In this document: positions 9,579 through 18,496 of the stretch, one piece after another
Numbering within the stretch: position 1 is the stretch's first letter
Layout: every line of letters starts with the position of its first letter
DNA from: an uncultured Nitrospira sp.
GTDB taxonomy: Bacteria > Nitrospirota > Nitrospiria > SBBL01 > JAADHI01
Reading direction: 5' to 3'
DNA: 64,000 nt
NCBI GenBank assembly: GCA_964451325.1
Contig: CAYVHO010000004.1
Location: 22,254 to 86,253 of the forward strand
The notes under the pieces: model-generated
What the model was told of the DNA's origin: nothing
The model's database searches: none
The model's input: only the letters and a program-made list of their open reading frames with translations
Position numbers and translations under genes: made by a program

Positions 9579-11543
9579 CTAACTTTCTTGCTTCGTTGGG
9601 CGTACAGCACCTTCGATGGAGCGAAAATTTTCGTAATTAAACTCACTGATACGCTCTTCATGAGGCAACTGATAAGTTGACAACAGAGCTTCACGGGGAT
9701 TAATTGGTCGGCCTGGAAGTGGGTGGTCCGCGATATTATTTACGACCAAACTGTAAAGAGAATCCACTCCCATTCTATTAAGATAAAAAACCCGCGTGTT
9801 TCCCTCTATCACAACCAGATTATTTCCCCACTTTTCCATGACCGGTGGGGTCACAGATGAGACGTATTGTCCATCCGCCATTATCTTCGCTGGCTTACAG
9901 AATGGTATTCCGTATTTTTCGTACAACACTGCTAGATGGGCAATTTGACGATACTTGTAAGAACGAACTCGTCGAACGATCATTTTGACAGCTTGATCGG
10001 TCTCTTGTTTTAGAGACACTTGTTGTATCTCGATCTTGACCTTCGGGTCTCTATATTGATGAACTCCTTGTTTCAGTAAGGATATAAGTTTGTTCGAGTC
10101 GTCCTCTTCCAGAGTTAGCTTAGGTCTGCTGTGCCCGCCAGAACCGAGTAGTTGATCCAGCTGCTTAAGGAGAATCTCGATCATGGGGCGATGTTTCGTT
10201 CCGATATAAACCACACCTCTAGGGGAATACTCTGTTGCACTGATGTCTTGGATAAAGACTGAATTGTGACGATTGTCTTCGTGACTAAGAAGAAAGCAGT
10301 TCAGTGGGATCTGGTCAGTCTCAATAACTTTCGCGCCCATTTTTTTAAGCAGGTCTCTCCGGTGGTTTTCCCGGGTATCACCAGATCCTGACTTTACGAG
10401 AATATCAACTTCAGCACCTGCAAACATCCAGTGGGCGATTGAAGGGAAGAGCCGCCAGTACCATTTTGTACCTGAGCAGGAGACAACAAGGCGTTTCCCT
10501 GGTGTTACCATCTCTCTAACGAGATCATCAAACAGCTCGTCTTCACTATACCGGGCAACATCGGACGCCAATGAATCGTTGAGTTCTGAGTGTTCATTCT
10601 GGATGAAGTCCTTCACAGCAGCGCGTCCAGAATCAAGCAATAATTTAACTTCTTCCGTAGAAATATTGAAATTTATGCTGGATACTGCATCGGTATTGAT
10701 ATTAACTGAACTAATGTTGCTCTGCATCTTGATCTGCAGATCCGTCGCTCCGCTGATGATTGTGTCAATCAAACGATGCACTAGCCAACTTAGTGTCCAC
10801 TCAGTTTTCGGTTCTTGATGCTCTACAAGACGAAAAGCGAGAATACGGCCACCAAGTGCCGGTGAATTGTTTCCCTGATCATCAAACACGAACGATGGAA
10901 GATTACTTAGCATTCCGCCATCGACAAAGAAATCATTTCCAGATTCCACTGGCTCAAAAAAGAGGGGAATCGAGCAAGAGCTGCGAACGGCCATTGCAAC
11001 TTTTGCATCGGGTGTGTCTTTCGTACTCCAAATCTTAGGACGTCGACCAGCAAGGTCAGTTGCAATTACCCACGTCGGAAGAATTAGATCACTAAACTTA
11101 ATGGGACGTGGTTTATTTGGAAGTAATTCGGAAAGAAGATCATCCAGCCAATCCTCCAATTTCTCAGATGAGTACGCCGAACCGTTTTTTAGAATTTTCC
11201 CAAAAAGTTCATTCTTCCCTTTAAAAAAAAGGCTCCCGGCGCGACCCCACCAAAATGTCGAAATACGTTTCTTGGGTTCTGCCAGCAGTGTGCTAAATTT
11301 AAGATATGCGCATTTCTCGTAGAGAAATTTCTCGTTTGCGCCAGCTCCAACAAGAACAGCGATAATGGATCCTGCAGATGTACCAGCAACTTCGGAAAAA
11401 TTAACACCGCACTTAATGGCAGCTTCGTAGGCTCCGATGTGACCCGCCCCGCGACAGCCCCCTCCCTCGAATACACCACGACAGGCCTGAAAAAACTTTG
11501 TTTGTGGGTACTGCTCTACAGCTGCATTGTCATTTACATGCAT
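9579..11543 (-). CDS. Patatin-like phospholipase domain protein with a large uncharacterised C-terminal region of about 430 aa.
   Basis: N-terminus has the oxyanion-hole GGGCRG, the catalytic nucleophile GTSAG (GxSxG) and the catalytic-Asp DGG (FFVDGGMLSNLP) motifs in the canonical patatin order and spacing. The C-terminal 430 aa are unrecognised. The distal segment (..NLVVIEGNTRVFYLNRMG..) loosely resembles a ParB/Srx-like core. Confidence 0.8.
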   Translation of the reverse strand: MHVNDNAAVEQYPQTKFFQACRGVFEGGGCRGAGHIGAYEAAIKCGVNFSEVAGTSAGSIIAVLVGAGANEKFLYEKCAYLKFSTLLAEPKKRISTFWWGRAGSLFFKGKNELFGKILKNGSAYSSEKLEDWLDDLLSELLPNKPRPIKFSDLILPTWVIATDLAGRRPKIWSTKDTPDAKVAMAVRSSCSIPLFFEPVESGNDFFVDGGMLSNLPSFVFDDQGNNSPALGGRILAFRLVEHQEPKTEWTLSWLVHRLIDTIISGATDLQIKMQSNISSVNINTDAVSSINFNISTEEVKLLLDSGRAAVKDFIQNEHSELNDSLASDVARYSEDELFDDLVREMVTPGKRLVVSCSGTKWYWRLFPSIAHWMFAGAEVDILVKSGSGDTRENHRRDLLKKMGAKVIETDQIPLNCFLLSHEDNRHNSVFIQDISATEYSPRGVVYIGTKHRPMIEILLKQLDQLLGSGGHSRPKLTLEEDDSNKLISLLKQGVHQYRDPKVKIEIQQVSLKQETDQAVKMIVRRVRSYKYRQIAHLAVLYEKYGIPFCKPAKIMADGQYVSSVTPPVMEKWGNNLVVIEGNTRVFYLNRMGVDSLYSLVVNNIADHPLPGRPINPREALLSTYQLPHEERISEFNYENFRSIEGAVRPTKQES

Positions 11544-11679
11544 GGATCAAACTCCACGATTCAAGGCTAATGTGTTTCGTGATGTAAAGAGTATGTAGCC
11601 AGTGCAAATAGAAGAAATTCGTGCCCATCCAGATAAGTCCAACTCCCGACAACAAGTCTAACGGAAAAGAAAAAAAATG

Positions 11680-11716
11680 ATGACGATGTAGAACTGAGAA
11701 TAAAATCTACATCGTT
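11680..11716. promoter_or_regulatory. Hairpin-forming inverted repeat in the AT-rich region upstream of the patatin operon.
   Basis: ACGATGTAGAactgagaataaaaTCTACATCGT: 10-bp arms with a 13-nt loop. Confidence 0.3.
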
Positions 11717-12049
11717 TAGGAATCTTTTTCAATGCGTATTTCTATTCAAAATTAGCGAATACGGATTGAAACATTGGATTAATCAAGGAAAATCAAAAAC
11801 CAACATTTCAGAAAGAAAGACAGGAAAACTGATCAGCCTGCAGAAAATCTATATCAGAGTCCGGCCTTCTCGGAGAAAGAAAGGAAAAAACCTCAAGAGC
11901 CTTTAAGCATGAACAACCCGTTGATGGGGGTTTTCATCCTTAGAGCGGTTTATATGAATATCACTAATCCATTTATGTACATTTTTACAGAAATTAATCT
12001 TTAATCAAGATAAACTTTTCTGAAAGACGAGAAGTGTGATAAATCCAGA

Positions 12050-12240
12050 ATTAGCTCAGTAACTTCCGGTTAGGAAATTGCGCCACATTAGATCCTAATA
12101 AAAAATGTCATTTCGACGAGGAACGAGGAGAAATCTTAATACGGTGTTCTGGTTTTTTGATCCAAAAGGATAAGATTTCTCTCTTCGTTCGAAATGACAG
12201 GGCTATCGCAAATTTGTAGCCGGAAGTTACTGAAATTAGT
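12050..12240. repeat. MITE-like nested inverted-repeat element, copy A.
   Basis: Inner palindrome GTCATTTCGACGAGGAAcGAGGAGAAATCTTAT...ATAAGATTTCTCTCtTCGTTCGAAATGAC plus an outer stem GTAACTTCCGG...CCGGAAGTTAC. A second copy, about 85-90% identical, lies at 18795-18975. Confidence 0.6.
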
Positions 12241-12249
12241 TGGAAAAAA

Positions 12250-14031
12250 TCAGGCAGGCAGATGGATGGAAAAAATACTCCCCTGATTGAGTGTGCTTTG
12301 TACTTCAACGCTACCGTCGTGAGCCAATGCAATATGCTTGACAATGGAGAGGCCAAGCCCCGTGCCGCCCATTTTTCGGCTTCGTGCTTTATCGACACGA
12401 TAAAAGCGCTCAAAGAGTCGGGGTAGATGTTTCTTGGTAATGCCAGAACCCTGATCTGAGACTGAGATCGTGAGTCCTTTTTCTGTTGTCCCGGCATTGA
12501 GCATGATCCGGCTTTCGCTGTTGCTGTACTTGATTGCATTGTCCAGTAGGTTCACGACAGCCTGCTCGATCAAGGGGGCGTTATGTCTGACCGTGCAGTC
12601 ATCAGCACAAGCCAGTTCAATATTGATATTTCGCTCAGAGGCTCGGCTTTGACAAAGCGACAGTGCACGCTCCAGTGTCGGTTTAATCTTTTGATGGTTT
12701 AAGGCAATTTCCTTGTCTTCACCTTCCTTTTCAAGTCTGGACAGTGTTAACAAATCCTCAAGAATTGTACCCAGTCGTGTCGCCTGTTTATGGATGATTT
12801 TGACAAACGCGTCTTTTTCTTCCTGATCGCTCACTGCCGGATTGAGCAGGGTTTCAGCAAAACCTTGAATCGTCGTCAGGGGTGTCCTCAATTCATGCGA
12901 GACATTGGCGACGAACTCTTTCCGATGTGTTTCAAGCTGCTTTAATTTCGTGATGTCATTGATCACAAGGACAATGCCGCATTTATTTTTCTGGATATCC
13001 AACAGAGGGGCGGATTGAATGAAAAGATGAGGACCCTTTTCTTGCTGAATTTCGATCTCTCGCTCCATCGGCGCATCTTGTTTCAATGAAAACAGAACGA
13101 GCTTTTGTAACTCGGCATTTCGGATGACCTCCTGAACCGCCATGCCTGCAACCTCTTTTTTGGCAATATCAAGAATCTGACAGGCCGCAGCATTGATGCG
13201 CAGTATACGTTCGTTGGTGTCGATGGCGATCACGCCTTCGATCATGCTGGAAAAAACGGCTTCCTGTTCATTGCGTTGATTCAGCACGGTTTCAATGCGT
13301 TGATTCAATTGAATGGCGATTTCATTGATGGCCTGCGCGAGCAAGGCCAGTTCGGAAGGATCGGAGGGCGTGAGTTGCACCCGGCTGGAAAAATCGCCTT
13401 GTGCGATAAGCTGTGCCTGCACTTCCATCGCTTGCAGAGGGCGACTCAGGCTCTTTGATATCCACCAACTTGAGAGGGCAATGAGTAGAATAAAGACAAA
13501 AAATCCAATGGCGACTTGAGTGTAAATATGCCAAAGGGCTTCCTGGATTGCGATTAAAGGCCTTGAGGTGCGAATAACGCCAAGCACCGTATTTGTCGCA
13601 GTGATGGGCATCGCAAAATACATGGACTCTTTTTTTAAGGTGGTACCGTATCGTATTGAGACACCTCGCCCCGATTGCAGGGCTTCTGAAATTTCAGGGC
13701 GCTCCCGGTGATTGTCCATATCCATCGGGTTTTTTTTGCTGTCTCCAATCACGGTTCCAGAGGGCAGAATAACCGTGATGCGGGTCTGGGTCTCCTCTCC
13801 CAACTTTTCACAGCGATCTTGAATCTCTGCAAATTTTCCGTCTTGAATCAGTCGGGCAAATTCCGCTCTCACGAGTTTTGCTCGAACCTCAAGATCGAGT
13901 TCCCGTTGTTGGTAATGAAAAGTCTTAAATGACAGGCAGGCAATGACAGTAACGGCAAGCAGGGAGACAAATGAAATGAAAACAAAGGAGGGATAAAGTT
14001 TCCAGAAAAGCGGGCGACGTTTCATCTTCAA
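12250..14031 (-). CDS. phoR: Phosphate regulon sensor histidine kinase PhoR.
   Basis: 593 aa with N-terminal TM segments, a PAS-like region, H-box HELRTPLTTIQGF and HATPase motifs (DNAIKYS.., GGTGLGLSIVKHI). Directly downstream of phoB. Confidence 0.88.
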   Translation of the reverse strand: MKMKRRPLFWKLYPSFVFISFVSLLAVTVIACLSFKTFHYQQRELDLEVRAKLVRAEFARLIQDGKFAEIQDRCEKLGEETQTRITVILPSGTVIGDSKKNPMDMDNHRERPEISEALQSGRGVSIRYGTTLKKESMYFAMPITATNTVLGVIRTSRPLIAIQEALWHIYTQVAIGFFVFILLIALSSWWISKSLSRPLQAMEVQAQLIAQGDFSSRVQLTPSDPSELALLAQAINEIAIQLNQRIETVLNQRNEQEAVFSSMIEGVIAIDTNERILRINAAACQILDIAKKEVAGMAVQEVIRNAELQKLVLFSLKQDAPMEREIEIQQEKGPHLFIQSAPLLDIQKNKCGIVLVINDITKLKQLETHRKEFVANVSHELRTPLTTIQGFAETLLNPAVSDQEEKDAFVKIIHKQATRLGTILEDLLTLSRLEKEGEDKEIALNHQKIKPTLERALSLCQSRASERNINIELACADDCTVRHNAPLIEQAVVNLLDNAIKYSNSESRIMLNAGTTEKGLTISVSDQGSGITKKHLPRLFERFYRVDKARSRKMGGTGLGLSIVKHIALAHDGSVEVQSTLNQGSIFSIHLPA

Positions 14032-14046
14032 CTTCCGTTCAAACCC

Positions 14047-14745
14047 TTATTCCCTAAAGCGATAGCCGATGCCCCGCACGGTTTCAATGTCCTCAGCCAC
14101 CACAGATAACTTTTTCCGAAGTCCGACCAACTGAAAGTCAATGCTTCGATCTGTGACCGCGTAGCCCTCACCCCGGATGGCATCGACGATTTGGTCCCGC
14201 GTAAAAACCCAGCCCGGCCTTCTCGCCAGCAAATGTAGAATCTGAAACTCAGAAGGCGTTAGCCCGATTTTTTCCCCTGAAACCAGGACTTCATGTTTGC
14301 CGGGATGAAGACTGAGTGCCCGAATTTCAATGACATCGCCTTTTTTTGTCGTGCCCTGAGCCGAACGGCGAAGCACGGTCTTCACACGGGCAATGAGCAC
14401 TTTCGGACTAAAAGGTTTCCTAATGTAATCTTCGGCACCCAACTCAAGGCCTCTGACAATGTCCTCTTCTTCACCTTTTGCCGTGACCATGATGACGGGA
14501 ATGTGTTCCGTATCGGGCTTCGCTTTAAGTTTCTGACAAAGCTGAAGTCCATCCATGCCCGGCAACATCAAGTCCAATAAAACAAGATCGCCTTTGTATT
14601 GTTCAATCGCCTTTAAACCCGCTTCACCGCTGTAAGAGCAAATGACCTCGAAGCCCTCTAAGGCAAGATTATACTGAATCAGCTTGCTGATATCCGTTTC
14701 ATCTTCAATGACATGGATACCTTGTTTGTTTTTCAAGTTCAGGCC
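14047..14745 (-). CDS. phoB: Phosphate regulon response regulator PhoB (OmpR family). The true start is probably internal to the listed ORF.
   Basis: Receiver domain (..HVIEDETDISKL...DLVLLDLMLPGMDG..) and a winged-helix C-terminus (..RGIGYRF). The listed ORF carries about 30 extra N-terminal codons without a plausible RBS. Confidence 0.88.
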   Translation of the reverse strand, partial: GLNLKNKQGIHVIEDETDISKLIQYNLALEGFEVICSYSGEAGLKAIEQYKGDLVLLDLMLPGMDGLQLCQKLKAKPDTEHIPVIMVTAKGEEEDIVRGLELGAEDYIRKPFSPKVLIARVKTVLRRSAQGTTKKGDVIEIRALSLHPGKHEVLVSGEKIGLTPSEFQILHLLARRPGWVFTRDQIVDAIRGEGYAVTDRSIDFQLVGLRKKLSVVAEDIETVRGIGYRFRE

Positions 14746-14956
14746 CTTCCTTATTCTACAATGGCCGATGGTGAAGGCAGCGTCAAAACAGGATACAGTA
14801 TCTTTGTTAGGTTTTTGTGAGAATAGCAAAAAGAAATGAGATCACCATGAAGAGGCCACATTCAGTAAACGTCCTCTTTATCGTCATGATGACAATGGTT
14901 TTTACAGCACAGTTTATGATTTTGAATATGGGCATAAGCCGTAATGGTCGCCCCTA

Positions 14957-15775
14957 TCAATGTGGCTGCTTTTTCACCTGACTCCCAATAAAAAAAGTAA
15001 AAAAGAGCAAACCAAAGACGCAGACGATGGAAGCTCCGGTGGGTGTATCCAGGACAACTGATGCGTAGAGCCCGCCCAGGCTTGCCAGAAAGCCGATCCC
15101 CCATCCTATCGCAAGGCGGATGCGGATGTTTTTTGTGAAGATCAGGGAAATCAAGGCGGGGACAATCAAGTAGGAAAAAACAAGCAGTATGCCCGCAAGG
15201 GCCACTGAGCTGGTCACAACAAGTCCGAAGAGCATGTAAAAAAGAAAATCCCAGGCACGGATATGGATGCCTTCTATCCCTGCCTGTTCCGGATCAACGG
15301 AGATCGCCATCATGGGTCGTCGAAAAACCCAGTGAACGATGCCGATCAGGGTATACAGGAGGGCGGTTTTCATGACCTCATCCTGAGAAACGGTCAGGAT
15401 ATTCCCGACGAGCAGGGAACGGATATGTACTGCGCCACCCGGCACCCGATCAAGCAGAATGAGACTGGCGGCAGCCGAAACGACATAGGTCACACCGATG
15501 ATCGCCTCTTGAGGAATCACTTCCCGGCCTTGGCGTGACAAGGAAAAAAAGGCCGCCCCTAAAAAAGTCATGCCAAGGGAAATAAAATAGGCCTCCCTGT
15601 CGTGCAGATCGAATCCGAAAAGAAGCGCAATGGTTGATCCAAAGGCCGCCAACTGCGCCAGGGCCAGATCCACAAAAATGACACCGCGCCGAACCACATG
15701 GATTCCCAAATAGGTATGGATCGCGGTCAGAATGAGGCAAGCGATAAAGGGTAATATAAGAAGGGAAAGCATCAT
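14957..15775 (-). CDS. znuB: ABC-3 family metal (Zn/Mn) ABC transporter permease, ZnuB-like.
   Basis: 272-aa polytopic membrane protein with the ZnuB/MntB-like topology. Overlaps the upstream substrate-binding gene by 4 nt. Confidence 0.75.
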   Translation of the reverse strand: MMLSLLILPFIACLILTAIHTYLGIHVVRRGVIFVDLALAQLAAFGSTIALLFGFDLHDREAYFISLGMTFLGAAFFSLSRQGREVIPQEAIIGVTYVVSAAASLILLDRVPGGAVHIRSLLVGNILTVSQDEVMKTALLYTLIGIVHWVFRRPMMAISVDPEQAGIEGIHIRAWDFLFYMLFGLVVTSSVALAGILLVFSYLIVPALISLIFTKNIRIRLAIGWGIGFLASLGGLYASVVLDTPTGASIVCVFGLLFFTFFIGSQVKKQPH

Positions 15776-16695
15776 CGCTCCTGTTTTTTTAAGGCCTCTG
15801 TTAGGGTGAAAATCAAATGCTCAAAAAGCTCGAAATAATCGCTGATTCCACTTGCGATTGACACAGAGGGCGGGAGCAGGATGACTTTCACGCCACTCTT
15901 CCTGGCAACGAAGCGTGAGACCTTTCCATCATAATAGGGTTCAACGATGATGATTTTGACCTGCTCGTCCCGGATGCCTTGAATCAATTGTGCCAGATGA
16001 GCGGTCGAGGGTGGAATCCCCGGTTTGGGTTCAATATAGGCGACGGCTTCTAAGGAGAAGTGCTTCAGAAAATAAACCCAGCTATTGTGGTAGGTGACCA
16101 CCTTCACCCCCTTAAAAGGTTTCATCTTTTCCCGCCAGCCTGTGATCGCAAGATCCAGTTTTTCTGAAAATTGTTTCAGATTTTGCTCATAGCGCTCTTT
16201 TCCTTCCGGGTCGATCTTCATCAACCCGGAAGCAATATTATGCGCAATCTGTCGCCCATTCATCGGGTCAAGCCAATAATGCGGATTCCCTTCTCCATGA
16301 ACATCTCCGGCAGAGCGGTCTATTCTGCCGGTGGGAATATCCAGCAGGCTTATGCCTTCGGAAGCATTGACATAACCTTGTCCGCCCCGCTGAACCTTGG
16401 CATTTCGTGCACCCATCAACAAAGAAGGTGCCCAGCCAACCTCTAAACCCAGGCCGATTTGCACAAAAAGATCGGCCCTTGAAAGTTTTAAGATGTGGCT
16501 CGGCTTGGCATCAATAAAATGCGCGTCTTGTGCGCCTCTCGCAATAAAGTCAACCTGAACACGATCCCCCCCAACTGCCCTGGTGATCGCGGCAAGATCT
16601 TCCGTTGTTGTGACCACTCGAATTTTCCGTGCCTCAACAGTGAGAGGATTTTGAATAAGAAGAACCCACATCAGTAGAAAAATGATTTTTTTCAT
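15772..16695 (-). CDS. znuA: Periplasmic metal-binding protein of the ZnuA/TroA cluster-9 family.
   Basis: Signal peptide. Conserved His/Asp metal-ligand positions and a His/Glu-rich loop (..DVHGEGNPHYW..) typical of ZnuA-like proteins. Confidence 0.78.
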   Translation of the reverse strand: MKKIIFLLMWVLLIQNPLTVEARKIRVVTTTEDLAAITRAVGGDRVQVDFIARGAQDAHFIDAKPSHILKLSRADLFVQIGLGLEVGWAPSLLMGARNAKVQRGGQGYVNASEGISLLDIPTGRIDRSAGDVHGEGNPHYWLDPMNGRQIAHNIASGLMKIDPEGKERYEQNLKQFSEKLDLAITGWREKMKPFKGVKVVTYHNSWVYFLKHFSLEAVAYIEPKPGIPPSTAHLAQLIQGIRDEQVKIIIVEPYYDGKVSRFVARKSGVKVILLPPSVSIASGISDYFELFEHLIFTLTEALKKQER

Positions 16696-16706
16696 ACCGT
16701 TTCTCC

Positions 16707-17915
16707 TTAAAAAGTGTGGGCGGCATGTGCGCCAATCGAGAATTCATATTGAAGGAAAACCGCGTGAATTGGATCCTTCCTTTCGTCTGATCGATCATAA
16801 TTGTACTGAAATCGGATCTTCGAGAATTCAGAAGGATAAAACGTGAGGTTTGGAGAAATCCGCCATCTATCCCCGGTTCTTGGATCGCTTGGGTCTGTCG
16901 CATTGGCCGCGCCATAGCGGAGTCCGGCGACCCATTGTCGTTTAAAACCGTAAAGCGTCTGGATGTAGTGGCCCTCTGTTTTGAAGGTTTCTCTCAAAAG
17001 CAGACTGCCGTCCACAAGTGCCGCACCGGCTTGATAGGATCGTTGCATGGCTTCCCCCTGTAAAATAAGAAAGGGCCAGCCGCTATGGGCCAGCGTCGGT
17101 TTCCACTTGATGAAAAAATCGATGCCGTGAATCCGTGTTCTGGTATCAAGCCCTGTGCCATTGGAACCAAAAAGGTGTGAGGTACCAACAACAGATGTGA
17201 TCGTTTCATTCACATCAAACGAGGTTTTCAGCCCCCCCATGTACAGCAGGTCATTCCCCTCATTAATGGTTTGATCCAAAATGGGTCTTCCGGCAAAACT
17301 TTCCTCGCTGGAAGAGAGAAAACTGCTGGCGGTTTCTCCCTTGGCATTTTGCACAGATCCAATGAGTTCAAAGTAAAAAGGAAGAGGAAGCAGTGTGGAA
17401 ACCTGAACACCCAGATTTCTCAAGCCATCCCCCCCAAACATCAAGGTGTTGATGATGGTCTGATCGATAAACTGCCATGCGTGAGGGTGTTGTTTATTCT
17501 TCCGCCCGAATCGTGTGAAAAATTGTCCGGCCATCACCTGAAGACCGTAAGGAAGTCCCGTTGTTGTCATGTGGGCCTCTTCAACCTCCAGGAACGATTC
17601 TCCATCTTCGAGTCCGAAGATCAAATGCGCCTCGGCACGGAAAAAGGGATCGACGACACTAGTGAAGGACAGCTCCAAGTTTTGCAATGTAAATCCTCTT
17701 GTAGCCGGGTCATGCGCGCCGAACTGAAGATGATCCGATTCGGAAAAATAGCCGACAGAAAATAATCCGTTCAATGAGATATCAGGGTTGGCACGCAGCA
17801 CCCGCATGGCCTGAGACCGGGGCTGAAGCCCCTCCTGGGCGAATAGAGGTGTCGCGATTCCCGAGAGGCCGGACAACATTAAAACAAACCATACTATTAA
17901 GGTATTTTTATTCAT
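16707..17915 (-). CDS. Outer-membrane beta-barrel protein, a putative porin, cotranscribed with znuA/znuB.
   Basis: Signal peptide (..LSGIATPLFA). 402 aa with alternating beta-strand pattern and a C-terminal Phe (..AHAAHTF). 11-nt spacing to znuA. Confidence 0.5.
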   Translation of the reverse strand: MNKNTLIVWFVLMLSGLSGIATPLFAQEGLQPRSQAMRVLRANPDISLNGLFSVGYFSESDHLQFGAHDPATRGFTLQNLELSFTSVVDPFFRAEAHLIFGLEDGESFLEVEEAHMTTTGLPYGLQVMAGQFFTRFGRKNKQHPHAWQFIDQTIINTLMFGGDGLRNLGVQVSTLLPLPFYFELIGSVQNAKGETASSFLSSSEESFAGRPILDQTINEGNDLLYMGGLKTSFDVNETITSVVGTSHLFGSNGTGLDTRTRIHGIDFFIKWKPTLAHSGWPFLILQGEAMQRSYQAGAALVDGSLLLRETFKTEGHYIQTLYGFKRQWVAGLRYGAANATDPSDPRTGDRWRISPNLTFYPSEFSKIRFQYNYDRSDERKDPIHAVFLQYEFSIGAHAAHTF

Positions 17916-18044
17916 AGCATTCTCCTTGATTCATACAGAGTTCTGCAAACAGGCCTATTACAGCCAATGGTTGATGCACACCTCCACGGTTGCCCCGTGT
18001 CGTAGGTGGCTCAATACGCAATTACAAGATTGTGTTTAGGATGG

Positions 18045-18389
18045 TCAGGAGAAAAAAGGAGGTCCCCGGGGGAAAATCTGAGAGGCTTGAAACTGAAATA
18101 TAAAGGAGCGCCGATGAATCGGATTTGACGATACCGCCAACAAGAAAACGGCAAGTGCAGCAAAAAAAGTGAGCGTGGCTTGTCCATGCTGCACCCAAAG
18201 ACCGATGGCACATTCGTGGGAATCAAGAATTTCGTTCTCAGAATAAGCATGGTAAAGGGCAAAACAAGAGAAGACGAGGAAATAAAGCAAGAGAAGTGTT
18301 GTAAAAAAGCGTGTGTAGACTTTTTTATCTTGTGAAAAAGACGCAAGCATAAAGGGGCCAAAATATATTATTAGGATATGGTGGGTCAA
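18045..18389 (-). CDS. Hypothetical small membrane protein.
   Basis: 114-aa hydrophobic ORF. Overlaps alternative-frame ORFs and has no recognisable domain. Confidence 0.2.
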   Translation of the reverse strand: MTHHILIIYFGPFMLASFSQDKKVYTRFFTTLLLLYFLVFSCFALYHAYSENEILDSHECAIGLWVQHGQATLTFFAALAVFLLAVSSNPIHRRSFIFQFQASQIFPRGPPFFS

Positions 18390-18496
18390 CCTAAAAATGG
18401 CAAAGGTGACAATCAGTCTTTTATAATCAACGCGACTTAACGACGGGTACGCGCAATGAGGCGCTGGGTTATTGGGCCGTCGCAGACTTTCAATTT

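Noticed and set aside
9579-9694. The N-terminal 43 codons of the listed 289-aa ORF, which overlap the patatin gene.
   Set aside because: A 115-nt overlap is atypical. An internal Met (MLRQSEIDEL) gives a short operon-style overlap, so the start was moved. The extended N-terminus (MKLCCQLISCLMKS..) looks non-native.
8600-11830. Similarity between ..aattcaaaaaccacgagtacaggaagacaggg.. at about 8620 and ..aaatcaaaaaccaacatttcagaaagaaagacagg.. at about 11770.
   Set aside because: It is short and AT-rich, with only a shared tcaaaaacca/agacagg core. That is insufficient to call a repeat family or operator pair, and it is likely chance similarity within AT-rich DNA.
12108-12539. 143-aa minus-strand ORF spanning the phoR 3' end and the MITE-like repeat.
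   Set aside because: It overlaps the well-supported phoR frame and runs through a repeat element. It has a Ser/Arg/Pro-rich low-complexity translation and no RBS. Spurious.
17916-18044. A Zur/Fur operator upstream of the OMP-znuA-znuB operon.
   Set aside because: No AT-rich palindrome resembling GAAATGTTATAnTATAACATTTC or a Fur box was found in the 130 bp upstream.
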